A stretch of DNA of 64,000 nucleotides from NCBI GenBank assembly GCA_963699805.1, contig CAVOVH010000002.1, forward strand, positions 118,220 through 182,219, read 5' to 3'. This stretch comes from an uncultured Cytophagales bacterium (GTDB lineage Bacteria > Bacteroidota > Bacteroidia > Cytophagales > Cyclobacteriaceae). Positions 18,089-29,125 of this stretch are shown one piece after another (the stretch's first letter is position 1; each line of letters starts with the position of its first letter). Below the pieces are notes generated by a model. That model worked only from the letters and a program-made list of their open reading frames with translations. It was not told where the DNA came from and did no database searches. The position numbers and the translations under genes were made by a program.

Positions 18089-18360
18089 AAATTTAATTAA
18101 AACGAGTTATTTATGGTTGGATCAGGGAATATCAATTATTTCTATGTCTTTTGCGCCTTCCTGGAATGCCCTGGGGATTTGTCTTTAGCCGCTGGGAGCG
18201 CCGCGATTCCACAAGGTCTTTTTAATACTCCTTTTGTTAAAAAAATACATTTCTATGTAACATTGTAGCCTTTACGGATTTTTAAAACATAATTCCTCTG
18301 TAGGTTATTATTCTTACCAGCTGGATGTCGAAAAATAACTGAGATTTATATCAGGAACAA

Positions 18361-21270
18361 TTAATTACTCTCAATGGCTTCCTGAACCCGATAATCTTCT
18401 ACAGGGATACAACTGCAGAAAAGGTTCCGGTCTCCATAAGCGCTGTCAATCCTTCCAACACTGGGCCAGAATTTATTTTCCCTTAAGAACTCGAGCGGGA
18501 ATATCGCCTTATTGCGGGTATAAGGGAATTCCCATGGATCCTGCATCACCCTGGATTGCGTATGAGGTGCATTTTTAAGCACATTGTTGACCGGGTCGGC
18601 ATTTCCATTTTCAATTTCCCTGATCTCTTCCCTGATATTCAACATGGCATCACAAAAACGGTCCAGTTCAGAAAGGGATTCACTTTCAGTGGGTTCGATC
18701 ATCAAGGTTCCGGGAACCGGGAACGAGACGGTGGGAGCATGAAATCCATAATCCATCAGCCGTTTGGCTATATCTTCCACTTCGATCCCGGATTTTTTAA
18801 ATTCCCGACAATCCAGTATCATTTCATGAGCGCAACGACCTTTTATGCCGGAATAAAGGATCTTGAATTCTTTCTCAAGCCTGCCTTTGATATAATTGGC
18901 ATTCAGTATGGCGATCCGGGATGCCTGGGTTAACCCTGAACTACCCATCATCCGAATATAGGCATAGGAGATAGCAAGTATGCCTGCACTTCCCCAGGGG
19001 GCGGCTGAAACGGCCGTGATGGATCGATCACCTCCTGTTCTGATGAGGGGATTCCCAGGCAGAAAGGTTTGCAGATGGGAAGCAACACAGATAGGACCCA
19101 CCCCGGGTCCACCTCCACCATGTGGGATACAAAATGTTTTATGCAGGTTAAGATGGCAAACATCTGCTCCAATGAGGGAAGGATTGGTCAGGCCAACCTG
19201 GGCATTCATGTTTGCCCCATCCATATATACCTGCCCGCCATTCATGTGGATAATATTACAAATTTCCTTGATTTTTTCTTCAAACACACCATGGGTCGAA
19301 GGATAAGTTACCATTAAGGCAGCTAAAGATTCCTTGTATTTTTCCGCTTTTATCGTCAGGTCTTCGATGTCGATGTTTCCTGCTTCATCACAATTGACGA
19401 TCACCACTTCTGTACCTGCCATCACCGCACTTGCCGGATTGGTGCCATGGGCGGAGGAAGGGATCAACGTTACATTCCGATGATGCTCCCCTCTGCTGGC
19501 ATGATAAGCCTTGATCACCATGAGTCCTGTAAATTCTCCCTGGGCGCCACTGTTAGGCTGCAGTGAGGTAGCTGTAAGGCCGGTTATCTCATTCAACCAG
19601 GTTTCCAGGATCCTGATGATCTCCTGATAGCCTTCTGCCTGGTTTAATGGCACGAAAGGATGAAGATCGGATAGTTCAGGCCAGGTAATAGGGATCATCT
19701 CCGTCGTGGCGTTCAGCTTCATGGTACAAGAACCCAGGGATATCATCGAATGAACAAGCGACAGATCCTTGTTTTCAAGCTTTTTTATATACCGGAGCAT
19801 TTCATGTTCGGAATGAAAGGAATTAAATACCGGATGTGTAAGGAAGGTGGTTTTACGAAGGAGGGCATCAGGTAACTTAAGGGAGACATTTTCTTGAATA
19901 TCCTTTAATATCTCCGCCGGGATTTCATTTGATCTGGATTCGACAAATATGCGGGCTATTGATATAACATCATTCAACGAAGTCTTCTCATCCAGGGATA
20001 TGCCGATATGATCGCTACCAAAATACCTGAAATTGATGCCGGCGGTTTCGGCGATTTCACGGATGCTATTTTTTTCGTTTTTCTCCACCTGGATTTTTAA
20101 TGTATCAAAATAAAAATCATTTTCCTGGGTATACCCCAGATACTGGATCAATGAGTCAAGTGTGGTAGCCAGGCCATGTATCTTCTGTGCGATCTTTTTC
20201 AAGCGGTCCGGTCCGTGATAGACAGCGTACATCCCAGCCATAACTGCCAGTAAGACCTGGGCCGTGCAGATGTTTGAATTAGCCTTCTCTCTCCGGATAT
20301 GCTGTTCCCTGGTCTGAAGAGCCATTCGATAAGCTTTTTTCCCTTCTGAATCCAGAGAGATACCAATGATCCTGCCTGGGATATTTCTTTTGAATGCTTC
20401 CCGGGTAGCAAAATATGCCGCATGAGGTCCACCATATCCAAGCGGAATGCCGAATCGCTGGGTGGTACCCACCACCACATCGGCCCCGAATTCACCAGGA
20501 GGTGTCAGGATGGTCAAACTCAGCAGATCGGCACAAAAAGCGGAGAAAATCTCATGTTCCCTGGCTTTCCGGATTATCGGAGACCAATCTTTGATCTTTC
20601 CGGATTCATCCGGATACTGGATCATTACGCCAAAGATCTCAGGGTCATCCAGTTGTTTTTCCGTGAGATCACTAATAATTAATTCGATGCCAATTGGATT
20701 GGCCCTGGTTTTCAGAATTTCCAGCGTCTGTGGGAAAAGGTTTTTATCAACCAGAAATTTTTCTGCCTTTCTTTTATCTCCCTTTCGTAAGGAATGAAGC
20801 ATGGTCATGGCTTCTGCGGCCGCAGTTCCTTCATCCAGTAAGGAAGCGTTGGCAAGCTCCATTCCCGTAAGATCGGATACCATGGTCTGAAAATTGATCA
20901 GGGCTTCGAGTCTGCCCTGTGATATTTCAGCCTGATAAGGCGTATAAGCCGTATACCATCCCGGATTTTCAAGTATGTTTCTTTGAATCACCGCCGGAGT
21001 GATGGTATCATAATAGCCCAATCCTATGTATGATTTATAAAGCCGGTTCTTGGCAACTATTTTTTTAAATTCGATTAAGAAATCCGTTTCTCCCAGGGGC
21101 TCCGGAAGGTCCATGCGGGAATTCAGCCGGATTGAGGATGGGATCGTTTCATCGATGAGTTTGTCCAAATGATTTAAACCGAGAAATCCAAGCATTTTAT
21201 TGATCTCGGAAGGGCGGGGACCCAGGTGTCTGGTTTCAAACTTCTCAGTATTGTTAAGATTAATTTTCAT
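18361..21270 (-). CDS. gcvP: Glycine dehydrogenase (decarboxylating), glycine cleavage system P protein
   Basis: About 969 aa from ATG 21270 ([18 protein letters not shown]). The PLP-lysine region is [16 protein letters not shown]. The 51-codon upstream extension in the track ORF is probably not translated. Confidence 0.93.
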   Translation of the reverse strand: MKINLNNTEKFETRHLGPRPSEINKMLGFLGLNHLDKLIDETIPSSIRLNSRMDLPEPLGETDFLIEFKKIVAKNRLYKSYIGLGYYDTITPAVIQRNILENPGWYTAYTPYQAEISQGRLEALINFQTMVSDLTGMELANASLLDEGTAAAEAMTMLHSLRKGDKRKAEKFLVDKNLFPQTLEILKTRANPIGIELIISDLTEKQLDDPEIFGVMIQYPDESGKIKDWSPIIRKAREHEIFSAFCADLLSLTILTPPGEFGADVVVGTTQRFGIPLGYGGPHAAYFATREAFKRNIPGRIIGISLDSEGKKAYRMALQTREQHIRREKANSNICTAQVLLAVMAGMYAVYHGPDRLKKIAQKIHGLATTLDSLIQYLGYTQENDFYFDTLKIQVEKNEKNSIREIAETAGINFRYFGSDHIGISLDEKTSLNDVISIARIFVESRSNEIPAEILKDIQENVSLKLPDALLRKTTFLTHPVFNSFHSEHEMLRYIKKLENKDLSLVHSMISLGSCTMKLNATTEMIPITWPELSDLHPFVPLNQAEGYQEIIRILETWLNEITGLTATSLQPNSGAQGEFTGLMVIKAYHASRGEHHRNVTLIPSSAHGTNPASAVMAGTEVVIVNCDEAGNIDIEDLTIKAEKYKESLAALMVTYPSTHGVFEEKIKEICNIIHMNGGQVYMDGANMNAQVGLTNPSLIGADVCHLNLHKTFCIPHGGGGPGVGPICVASHLQTFLPGNPLIRTGGDRSITAVSAAPWGSAGILAISYAYIRMMGSSGLTQASRIAILNANYIKGRLEKEFKILYSGIKGRCAHEMILDCREFKKSGIEVEDIAKRLMDYGFHAPTVSFPVPGTLMIEPTESESLSELDRFCDAMLNIREEIREIENGNADPVNNVLKNAPHTQSRVMQDPWEFPYTRNKAIFPLEFLRENKFWPSVGRIDSAYGDRNLFCSCIPVEDYRVQEAIESN

Positions 21271-21349
21271 ATCTTTACCGGCCACTTTTCGATGATTTAC
21301 TACTGTATAAATTGACTCATGCAAAGGTAAAAGATATTGTATAAAAAAA

Positions 21350-22888
21350 ATGTTATTCCGAATGCATAAAATTTTAATTTGGATTAAGAATTTTTTTCTG
21401 ACTTTTTCATGCTTTTTGATCATTTATTCTGTTCAATGCCAACCACCAGACAAATGGACACATGTTCCATTAAACCACTTTGCCGGAACCATCAACGTGG
21501 AAGATCTGAAGCGATATATGAGCGTGCTTACGGCGGATTCACTCGAGGGCAGGGAAACCGCGGAACCGGGACAAAAGAAAGCCGCGAACTATATCAGGAA
21601 CCATTTCAAAAGGATTGGATTGCTTCCCGTACAGATAGATGGAAAGGACACCTACGATCAGGTATTCCCCATTGAGAACAGAAGACCACAGGAGGTATCT
21701 TTGACCTTCGGTGATCAGTTATTTTTTCATTCCTCCGATTTTATCCATATTGGAAGATTTGATCGATCGACCCAGGATACGGTCCGGATCGCATTTGCCG
21801 GTAATGGCACTCCTGAGGATCTGGGAAAGGTCCGGCCGGAGGGAGAAGCTGTTTTATTTATCCATTCACCTACAGGATTCAGCCTTTCTGAAAAGATCAA
21901 CTTTTGCCGTGATAAAGGATTCAATTACATATTCATTATTTATGGGGAGCAGGATCAGGAATTTGAACAATTTCTGGAGGCTTCAAAAATGTATATTCCA
22001 GGCATATGGGCACAGGATCAGCGGGAGGATGCCCAACTGTTTTTTATACCTCCAAGTCTTGGTTCCGATATTTTTAAAACAGATATGGATCATCTTCTCA
22101 AGGCTGTAGAAAAAAGCCAGAAAGGGAAGAGAAAGCCTTTCAGAAAAATCGCAGACACCTCCATAATCGTTCAGGCGGAGGCACAGGATTCTCTGGTTTA
22201 TACGGAAAATATCCTGGGCTTTATCAAAGGGGCCGAAAAACCTGATGAATGTGTGATCATTTCAGCCCATTATGATCATGTAGGGATCAGGGAGGGGGAT
22301 ATCTATAGGGGGGCGGATGACAATGCTTCAGGAACAGCCTCTCTTATGGAATTGGCAGAGGCATTCTGCCTGGCCCGGGAAGAAGGGTTTAACCCCCTTA
22401 GAAGCATTCTTTTTATCACATTTACTGGCGAAGAAAAAGGATTACTGGGATCTGATTATTATGTAAATCATCCAATTTTCCCCTTATCAAAGACTGTCGC
22501 GGATCTGAATATCGACATGATCGGCCGTTCAGACAGGCAACATTCAGCGGACACAGGTTATGTATACCTCATCGGATCTGATAAACTGTCCCTGGAATTG
22601 CATGAAATATCGGAAAGAATGAACCTGGAGCATATCAATATGGCGCTCGATTATACCTATAATGACGATGCGGATCCCAACCGGTATTATTTCCGTTCTG
22701 ATCAATATAACTTCGCTAAAAATAATATTCCGGTCATATTTTATTTTACCGGGGTACACGAAGATTACCATAAGCCGACGGATACCCTTGAAAAAATCAG
22801 ATTTGATAGTATGGTGACCATTTCAAAATTGATATTCTATACGGCGTGGGATATCGTAACGCGGGAAGAAAGATTAAATTTAAAATAA
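21350..22888 (+). CDS. M28-family zinc aminopeptidase, secreted
   Basis: Signal peptide followed by the motifs [24 protein letters not shown] and [11 protein letters not shown]. An alternative start is ATG 21362. Confidence 0.85.
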   Translation: MLFRMHKILIWIKNFFLTFSCFLIIYSVQCQPPDKWTHVPLNHFAGTINVEDLKRYMSVLTADSLEGRETAEPGQKKAANYIRNHFKRIGLLPVQIDGKDTYDQVFPIENRRPQEVSLTFGDQLFFHSSDFIHIGRFDRSTQDTVRIAFAGNGTPEDLGKVRPEGEAVLFIHSPTGFSLSEKINFCRDKGFNYIFIIYGEQDQEFEQFLEASKMYIPGIWAQDQREDAQLFFIPPSLGSDIFKTDMDHLLKAVEKSQKGKRKPFRKIADTSIIVQAEAQDSLVYTENILGFIKGAEKPDECVIISAHYDHVGIREGDIYRGADDNASGTASLMELAEAFCLAREEGFNPLRSILFITFTGEEKGLLGSDYYVNHPIFPLSKTVADLNIDMIGRSDRQHSADTGYVYLIGSDKLSLELHEISERMNLEHINMALDYTYNDDADPNRYYFRSDQYNFAKNNIPVIFYFTGVHEDYHKPTDTLEKIRFDSMVTISKLIFYTAWDIVTREERLNLK

Positions 22889-22893
22889 AAAAA

Positions 22894-22923
22894 GAAGCCG
22901 GGGATTTAGGAAGGCCCGGCTTC
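22894..22923. terminator. Bidirectional intrinsic terminator between convergent genes
   Basis: Perfect 9-bp stem GAAGCCGGG...CCCGGCTTC with a 12-nt loop. It is flanked by an A-run upstream and aaaatt downstream. Confidence 0.6.
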
Positions 22924-23028
22924 AAAATTCAACCAGCTATGATAAGAGAAAGATCTGAATCAAATGTACAAAATTATTTATTAAATGTTCAAATACTATT
23001 TAAAAAATATTTAATCGACCATTTTTTG

Positions 23029-24312
23029 TTATTTCAGTTTCCTGGAATGTTGATTTTTTGACTTCTTTTCATGAAATGATCCTTTGTAATCCGGATCCAG
23101 TTTCCGTTTGATCCGGTCAATCTCCTGTTCCATTTTCTTTTTTTCCCAGGGCTCTGTTTCTGTAATTTCTACCTCCCGGGGGATTTTCTTTTCCGTGATC
23201 TTTGACCGGATCAATCTTTCGATATTCGAGAGATGGAATTCATCCGGTCGATTAACAAACGTAATCGATTCCCCTGAAGCAAGGGCCCGTCCTGTTCGAC
23301 CGATTCGATGCACATATTCCTCATATACCAGGGGTACATCAAAATTGATTACATGACTGACGAGGTTTACATCGATACCGCGGGCCGTCAGATCCGTAGA
23401 AACGAGGATACGGATATTGCCATCTTTAAATGAATTGATCGCATTGATCCGGGTATTCTGACCTTTGTTTGCATGTATTACACGTACATCCGGATCAATT
23501 TTTCTCCGGATGAATTTATAGACATCATTCGCCGTTTCCTTGGTTTTAGTAAAAATGATCACCTTTTTGAATGCGTCCTGATCAGTCAGCAGGAATTGGA
23601 GCAGGTTTATTTTTGTTTTCAGATTGGGTACCTTATAAAAGTACTGGATGATCGATTCGGCAGTACTTCCCTGGGGTTTGATCTCAATTTTTTGAGGAAA
23701 TTCGAGAAAGTCTTCTGACAACTGTTGAACTTTATCGGAAAATGTTGCGGAAAAAAGGAGATTCTGTCTTTTTCTGGCGGGGATCACCTCCAGTATCCTG
23801 TTTAATTGAGGCATGAATCCCATATCCATCATTTTATCCGCTTCATCAAGAACCAGTGTTTGAATGTTTTTTGTATGGAGGATGCCCTGAAGGTATAAGT
23901 CCATAAACCGGCCCGGAGTAGCAATTAAAATATCCAGTCCCTTCTCTATTTCCATGATCTGATTCTTCATACCAGTTCCACCATAAATAACCACACTTCG
24001 GAGATTTAAATAGCTGGTCAGTTGGTGGGTCATTGTATTTACCTGGATTGCCAATTCCCTGGTGGGGACCAGGATGAGCGCCCGCGCATCATTGCCTTCC
24101 TGAAACCTGAGTTTCGAGAGAACGGGGATGAGATAGGCGGCGGTTTTACCGGTCCCGGTAGGGGCGATGGCTATGAGATCATGTCCTGCCCGGACGCGGG
24201 GGATTACCTTTTCCTGAACGGAAGTGGGATTTTGGAATTTCAGGTCTTCCAGGGCATTCAGTATGGATCGACTTACTTTTAAATCCTCAAAACTTTTTTT
24301 GACATTGGCCAT
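23029..24312 (-). CDS. DEAD-box ATP-dependent RNA helicase (RhlE-like)
   Basis: Motifs APTGTGKT, DEAD, SAT and HRIGRTGR, with a basic C-terminal tail. Confidence 0.9.
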   Translation of the reverse strand: MANVKKSFEDLKVSRSILNALEDLKFQNPTSVQEKVIPRVRAGHDLIAIAPTGTGKTAAYLIPVLSKLRFQEGNDARALILVPTRELAIQVNTMTHQLTSYLNLRSVVIYGGTGMKNQIMEIEKGLDILIATPGRFMDLYLQGILHTKNIQTLVLDEADKMMDMGFMPQLNRILEVIPARKRQNLLFSATFSDKVQQLSEDFLEFPQKIEIKPQGSTAESIIQYFYKVPNLKTKINLLQFLLTDQDAFKKVIIFTKTKETANDVYKFIRRKIDPDVRVIHANKGQNTRINAINSFKDGNIRILVSTDLTARGIDVNLVSHVINFDVPLVYEEYVHRIGRTGRALASGESITFVNRPDEFHLSNIERLIRSKITEKKIPREVEITETEPWEKKKMEQEIDRIKRKLDPDYKGSFHEKKSKNQHSRKLK

Positions 24313-24365
24313 GGATTGTCTTTATATCCTTTATTTTAGTAAAATTAAACGGCACCCTCAAGATT

Positions 24366-25700
24366 ATGGGCAGAATATTGATAAAAAATGGAAAAATCAT
24401 TAATCGGGGGCAGATTTTTGAATCAGACATTCTTATCAAGGGACCCTTTATTGAAAAGATAGACAAGGAAATCACGGCCGGTGAAGCCGAGATTATCGAA
24501 GCAGCCGGGAAGTGGGTAATCCCCGGTATTATTGATGACCAGGTGCATTTCCGGGAACCAGGCCTTACACATAAGGGGGATATTCATTCGGAATCAAGAG
24601 CTGCCGTAGCCGGCGGGGTGACCTCCTATATGGAAATGCCCAATACCAAACCTCCTGCGGTTACACAGGAGCTTCTGGAAGAGAAGTACAAATTGGCTTC
24701 TCAAAAATCCATCGCCAATTACAGTTTTTACATGGGTACTACCAATGATAATCTTCAGGAAGTGTTGAAAACAAATGGTCATCAAGTTTGTGGGATAAAA
24801 ATCTTCATGGGCTCTTCTACCGGTAATATGCTGGTGGATAACAGGAAAACGCTGGAAGCCATTTTTGCAGAGTGTCCCTTGCTGATTGCTACCCATTGCG
24901 AAGATGAAGCCACTATCCGCAAAAATAGTGAAAAAGCCAGGAGTGAATATGGAAAAGAGGTACCATTCTCCTTACATCCCGAGATCAGGAGTGAAGAAGC
25001 CTGCTATCTATCTTCTTCTTATGCGGTGTCACTCTCTGAAAAATATGGCACCCGTTTGCATGTATTGCATATTTCCACCGCCAGGGAACTAGATCTTTTT
25101 GGTAATCAGTCCTCTCTGGCGAATAAAAAGATCACAGCGGAGGCCTGTATTCATCATCTTTGGTTCACCAGGGAGGATTATCCTCATCTTGGTTCTTTCA
25201 TTAAATGGAATCCTGCCATAAAAAATAAAACGGACCGGGATGCGATCAGAGAAGCGGTAAAGGATGGACGCATTGATGTGATTGCCACGGACCATGCCCC
25301 CCATACCCTGGAAGAAAAAAGGAATTCTTATTTTGAAGCCCCCTCTGGGGGCCCTTTGATCCAGCACAGCCTTGTGGCAATGCTGGAATTATATCACCAG
25401 GGTATTTTCAGCCTGGAGACGATTGTTGAAAAAATGGCCCACAATCCTGCCATTCTTTTCGGGATCGACAGAAGGGGATTCATCGAGGAAGGTAATTATG
25501 CTGATCTTGTGATTGTAGATCCGGAATCGCCATGGACAGTTACTTCGGAAAACATCCTGGCGAAATGTGGCTGGTCGCCGTTTGAGGGCGTGACCTTTAC
25601 TTCCAGCATTCATAAAACTTTCGTTTCTGGTAATCTTGTTTATGACCAGGGACGGATCATTGAATCAGGCCCCGGAATGAGGCTCATGTTTGCAAGATAA
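24366..25700 (+). CDS. pyrC: Dihydroorotase (cyclic amidohydrolase superfamily)
   Basis: 444 aa. Contains DDQVHFREPGLTHKGD and DHAPH motifs, and its length is typical of Bacteroidota PyrC. Confidence 0.8.
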   Translation: MGRILIKNGKIINRGQIFESDILIKGPFIEKIDKEITAGEAEIIEAAGKWVIPGIIDDQVHFREPGLTHKGDIHSESRAAVAGGVTSYMEMPNTKPPAVTQELLEEKYKLASQKSIANYSFYMGTTNDNLQEVLKTNGHQVCGIKIFMGSSTGNMLVDNRKTLEAIFAECPLLIATHCEDEATIRKNSEKARSEYGKEVPFSLHPEIRSEEACYLSSSYAVSLSEKYGTRLHVLHISTARELDLFGNQSSLANKKITAEACIHHLWFTREDYPHLGSFIKWNPAIKNKTDRDAIREAVKDGRIDVIATDHAPHTLEEKRNSYFEAPSGGPLIQHSLVAMLELYHQGIFSLETIVEKMAHNPAILFGIDRRGFIEEGNYADLVIVDPESPWTVTSENILAKCGWSPFEGVTFTSSIHKTFVSGNLVYDQGRIIESGPGMRLMFAR

Positions 25701-25785
25701 TTTATAATGAAAGCTTTGTATAAATTAAGATATCGCGTACTTTTGCAATCCTTAATTATTGGATCAGTATATCGTACAGTTAGTT

Positions 25786-25860
25786 GGTGGATGTAGTTCA
25801 GTTGGTTAGAACGCCTGATTGTGGTTCAGGAGGTCGCCGGTTCGAGTCCGGTCTTCCACC
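25786..25860 (+). tRNA. tRNA-His (anticodon GTG)
   Basis: Cloverleaf folded by hand. Encoded G-1 (25786) pairs with C73. D-stem is gttc/gaac; anticodon stem is cctga/tcagg with loop ttGTGgt; T-arm is gccgg-ttcgagt-ccggt. There is one U6:U67 mismatch, and CCA is not encoded. Confidence 0.9.
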
Positions 25861-26149
25861 CGAAAATATTTTCCCAAAATGTGGGGATGGACCACTTTGC
25901 CTTTATAACTGAACCGGTTATTTTTTCTCTTTCCTGGCACACTTCCTAATCTAGTTTGATAACCAAATCTTTTTCCTAAATTTGTTTTTAAGGGGTTTAT
26001 GACTGCCTTGCATCAACGGCGGTGGAAATCGAAAAATGAATTGAACTTAATTTTTCTTTAAAAATTATAAAAAAAGGGTAAATTACTTCTTTATATATTA
26101 ATTTTATCAGGTAATTCATGTTAACTGACCAGAAAAATAATTAATCTGA

Positions 26150-27172
26150 ATGGGTGTAGAAAACGGCACCATATTGGTAGTAGATGATGATGAAGATGTG
26201 TTGTTAGCGGCCAAATTCCTGCTGAAGCGTCATTTTGCAAAGATCGTTACAGTGAGTTCCCCGGAAACGATTGATGATCTTCTGGAAGAGAATTCTTTTG
26301 ATGTGGCTTTACTCGATATGAATTATACCGCAGGTGCCACAACGGGTCAGGAAGGTTTTGATTTGCTGAATTATCTTATCACCAATTCATCCAAAACCAG
26401 GGTGGTGATGATGACGGCTTATGGAGATATTGACCTGGCTATAAAAGCGATCAAGGAAGGGGCAGTTGACTTTATCGTTAAACCATGGGATAATGCCAAA
26501 CTGGTCAACACGGTGATCTCTGCCTTTAAGAAAGTACCTGAAAAAGCTGGCAGTTCAAAAGGAACGGGCGCCAGAATGTCCACCGGCTCCGTAGAAACGG
26601 TGGGTATGTCGGAAGTCGAAAGAATCTTCATGTTCCTGGATATTACCTCATCCACCTCCATCGCAGAAAAATTGGGGCATGTAAAATATTTTGAGTTATT
26701 AAATGATTTTTTCATGAACATTGCGGCACCCATTGAAAACCATCAAGGAGAAATCTATCAATATATTGGAGATGAAGTCGTTGTAAGCTGGCCTCTGAAC
26801 GAAGGCATCAGGGATTTTAATGTACTGAACTGTTTTTTTGATATTGTCGATACCATCGATGGATTATCCGGGAACTATCAGGAACGCTACAACCTCGTTC
26901 CAACTTTTAAAGCGGGGATGCATTATGGGAAAGTATCCACCGGTACAATTGGAACATTAAAAAAAGAAATTATCTATACAGGAGATGTATTAAATACTAC
27001 GAGCCGGATTGAAGGTCAGTGTAACCAGTATAAGGTAAACAATTTAATGTCGAAAGACCTGATACAGGCATTCCCGAATGGAAGCTATTTCGAATTTGAA
27101 AAGATCGGAGAGATCAGTTTACGAGGGAAGGCTTCCTTTGTGACGCTTTATACAAGCCGCAGAAAACAATAA
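26150..27172 (+). CDS. Response-regulator receiver domain fused to a class III adenylate/guanylate cyclase
   Basis: REC domain (ILVVDDDEDVL...DVALLDMNY...KPW). The cyclase domain has metal-binding Asp residues (FLDITSST, YIGDEVVV) and the NTTSRIEG motif. Confidence 0.85.
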   Translation: MGVENGTILVVDDDEDVLLAAKFLLKRHFAKIVTVSSPETIDDLLEENSFDVALLDMNYTAGATTGQEGFDLLNYLITNSSKTRVVMMTAYGDIDLAIKAIKEGAVDFIVKPWDNAKLVNTVISAFKKVPEKAGSSKGTGARMSTGSVETVGMSEVERIFMFLDITSSTSIAEKLGHVKYFELLNDFFMNIAAPIENHQGEIYQYIGDEVVVSWPLNEGIRDFNVLNCFFDIVDTIDGLSGNYQERYNLVPTFKAGMHYGKVSTGTIGTLKKEIIYTGDVLNTTSRIEGQCNQYKVNNLMSKDLIQAFPNGSYFEFEKIGEISLRGKASFVTLYTSRRKQ

Positions 27173-27173
27173 A

Positions 27174-27797
27174 TCATCTAATTCTGTCCTTGAAGGCATC
27201 CATGAACTGGTGATGTATTTTTAAGACCTGTGGAATGACCAATCGGGTATCATCGTTATAAATAATGTGATCAGCCAGTTTTTTTTTCTCTTCGTCAGGC
27301 ATTTGATTGTCAATGATTTTTTCAATATCTTTTTTTGTCCGGTGAGGGTCCCTTAAAAGGGTGCGTTCAATCCTGAGTGTCAGAGGAGCATAAATAAGAA
27401 TGGTTTGTTCCAGCTCCTTATAAGAGCCGGTTTCAAAAAGCAGTGCCGCTTCCTTCAGGGTATAAGGCATTTCCAGGTGATTCTGACGCCATTGGAGGTA
27501 GTCTTCCCGAACTGCCGGATGGACCAACTCATTCAATTGATCCAGTTTATCCCTGTTTATGAAGACATGACTTGACAGATATGATCGGTTGAGCCTTCCA
27601 TTCAGGTATGTATCCGGCCCAAAAAATTCCGTGATTTCACGGATCAGTTTTTCATCATGATTCATCAGGAACTTTGCCCGTTCGTCTGCATAATAGACCG
27701 GGATTCCAAGGTTGTTGAAGATGGAAGATATCAGGGTTTTCCCGGCCCCGATGCCTCCGGTAATTCCGATGTCAAACCCCTTTTTTTTCTTTTGCAT
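27174..27797 (-). CDS. coaE: Dephospho-CoA kinase
   Basis: P-loop GITGGIGAGKT. The size and the position after the YbbR-like gene are typical of Bacteroidota. Confidence 0.9.
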   Translation of the reverse strand: MQKKKKGFDIGITGGIGAGKTLISSIFNNLGIPVYYADERAKFLMNHDEKLIREITEFFGPDTYLNGRLNRSYLSSHVFINRDKLDQLNELVHPAVREDYLQWRQNHLEMPYTLKEAALLFETGSYKELEQTILIYAPLTLRIERTLLRDPHRTKKDIEKIIDNQMPDEEKKKLADHIIYNDDTRLVIPQVLKIHHQFMDAFKDRIR

Positions 27798-28755
27798 AAA
27801 CCAGTTTGACTTGGGTGGTGTCCATTTTTACATCTTCGACATAAAACGGTGTTTCAATCAACTCAAGGGTAATCGTCGAGTCTTGTTTATTCACATTATT
27901 ATAATCAGCGATGATCATAAAATCCGTATCTGGAAAAATATCCAGGAACTCTTCCTGGATTTTGAAATTAAGGACGACCTGATCGGGAGAGATCATCACA
28001 TAGGATTCCATCGGGAAGTTAACAAGTTCAATTTTAAAAGTCTGCTTGTAATTTATCATCCTGGATACCTCAAATTGAATATGTACCTCGGATGGATCCG
28101 TTGACACCAGGCTCTTATTATATGGATTAACCGGGATTTGCTGATTGACATCCTTATCCAGATTCTCAAAAGGGGCTTTCAGATACAGGGTATCGGAAAG
28201 GGTATCCAACATGCTTTTGGGCCCTATGAGCCAGGTTGTGTCCGGGATGAGGACGATGGGGCCAATGATCTCATACATATTCTCCAGATCAATGGCTGCC
28301 TGGTTGATCTTCAGGTTCATTTTTTTTGTGTTTTTCGGCTGGATATTAAAAGTTACTGAATCGGTCACGATGAAATTCAGGTTGAGAGATCCCAAATGTT
28401 GTGAAAGTAAGGGCTGTATGGTGTATCCGGCAATCTGTTTCGTTTCTATCGGTTTATCAAGCGTAATCCTGAGTGGTTGCCTGTTAAAGGAAATACTCTG
28501 TTTCAACAGATCCCATCCCACTCCTGTTACATTAGCCTCGACAAATTCTGCAGGAGGCTTAACCAGGATTGTCTCATCCAAATTATAATCGAGTACGATC
28601 GGACATTTAATCACGGAGGTATAGGTTTTATTCAAAGCACTCAGAATCCATATGATGGTTGCACCCAGTAAGCTGAGGACAACCACTTTAAGATCCTGGT
28701 TCCTTGGGGCGATGATTGACTTTAGCCAATAACCTATTTTAACGAATTGATCCAA
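27772..28755 (-). CDS. YbbR-like domain protein (N-terminal TM anchor)
   Basis: 327 aa with a TM helix followed by beta-rich repeats. It sits in the conserved nusB...yajC-ybbR-coaE order. The call rests mainly on context. Confidence 0.55.
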   Translation of the reverse strand: MDQFVKIGYWLKSIIAPRNQDLKVVVLSLLGATIIWILSALNKTYTSVIKCPIVLDYNLDETILVKPPAEFVEANVTGVGWDLLKQSISFNRQPLRITLDKPIETKQIAGYTIQPLLSQHLGSLNLNFIVTDSVTFNIQPKNTKKMNLKINQAAIDLENMYEIIGPIVLIPDTTWLIGPKSMLDTLSDTLYLKAPFENLDKDVNQQIPVNPYNKSLVSTDPSEVHIQFEVSRMINYKQTFKIELVNFPMESYVMISPDQVVLNFKIQEEFLDIFPDTDFMIIADYNNVNKQDSTITLELIETPFYVEDVKMDTTQVKLVYAKEKKGV

Positions 28756-28773
28756 TCAAAGAGTATATCCTGT

Positions 28774-29091
28774 TTATTTAACTTCTTTCACTTTTTTAGT
28801 TGATTCCAAAGAAATCGAAGACTTGTCAAACTTTATTTTCCCGCCTTTTTCAACCTCAAGAATCACGGTATCACCTTCTATGGATACAATTCTTCCGTGA
28901 ATACCACCCACGGTGACCACCGCGTCTCCTTTTTTAATTTCCCCCAAAAACTTTTTCTGATCTTTCTGTCTTTTCTGTTGAGGGCGGATCATAAAAAAAT
29001 AAAATATAAGGATGATACCCCCGATCAACAGGAGGTTGCCATAGAAGGACTGCCCACCGCTGGGGCTCTGTAATAAAATGTATGCTAGCAT
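28774..29091 (-). CDS. yajC: Preprotein translocase subunit YajC
   Basis: 105 aa. One TM helix, then RPQQKRQKDQKKF...GDAVVTVGGIHGRIVSI. Confidence 0.85.
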   Translation of the reverse strand: MLAYILLQSPSGGQSFYGNLLLIGGIILIFYFFMIRPQQKRQKDQKKFLGEIKKGDAVVTVGGIHGRIVSIEGDTVILEVEKGGKIKFDKSSISLESTKKVKEVK

Positions 29092-29125
29092 TATATTTAA
29101 TTAAAATGATTTCAATGAATTGAAT

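Noticed and set aside
21271-21349. A glycine riboswitch upstream of gcvP.
   Set aside because: Only 79 nt separate the likely gcvP ATG (21270) from the divergent M28 peptidase start. The sequence is AT-rich and lacks the conserved glycine-aptamer features I know.
21271-21423. The 51-codon N-terminal extension of the gcvP track ORF; similarly the 41-codon extension of the M16 peptidase ORF (12619-12741) and the TTG start at 14760 of the repeat protein.
   Set aside because: The extensions overlap divergent genes or promoter regions and lack homology-like sequence. Internal ATGs at 21270, 12618 and 14796 give canonical N-termini or signal peptides.
25861-26149. tRNA-His as an integration site for a genomic island.
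   Set aside because: There is no integrase, no duplicated copy of the tRNA 3' end that I could spot downstream, and the following genes are core functions.
26150-27172. The class III cyclase as a Pycsar/CBASS-like anti-phage signalling cyclase.
   Set aside because: It carries an N-terminal two-component receiver domain. There is no adjacent effector (TIR, TM, nuclease or similar), and the downstream gene is a convergent housekeeping coaE. It fits ordinary signal transduction.
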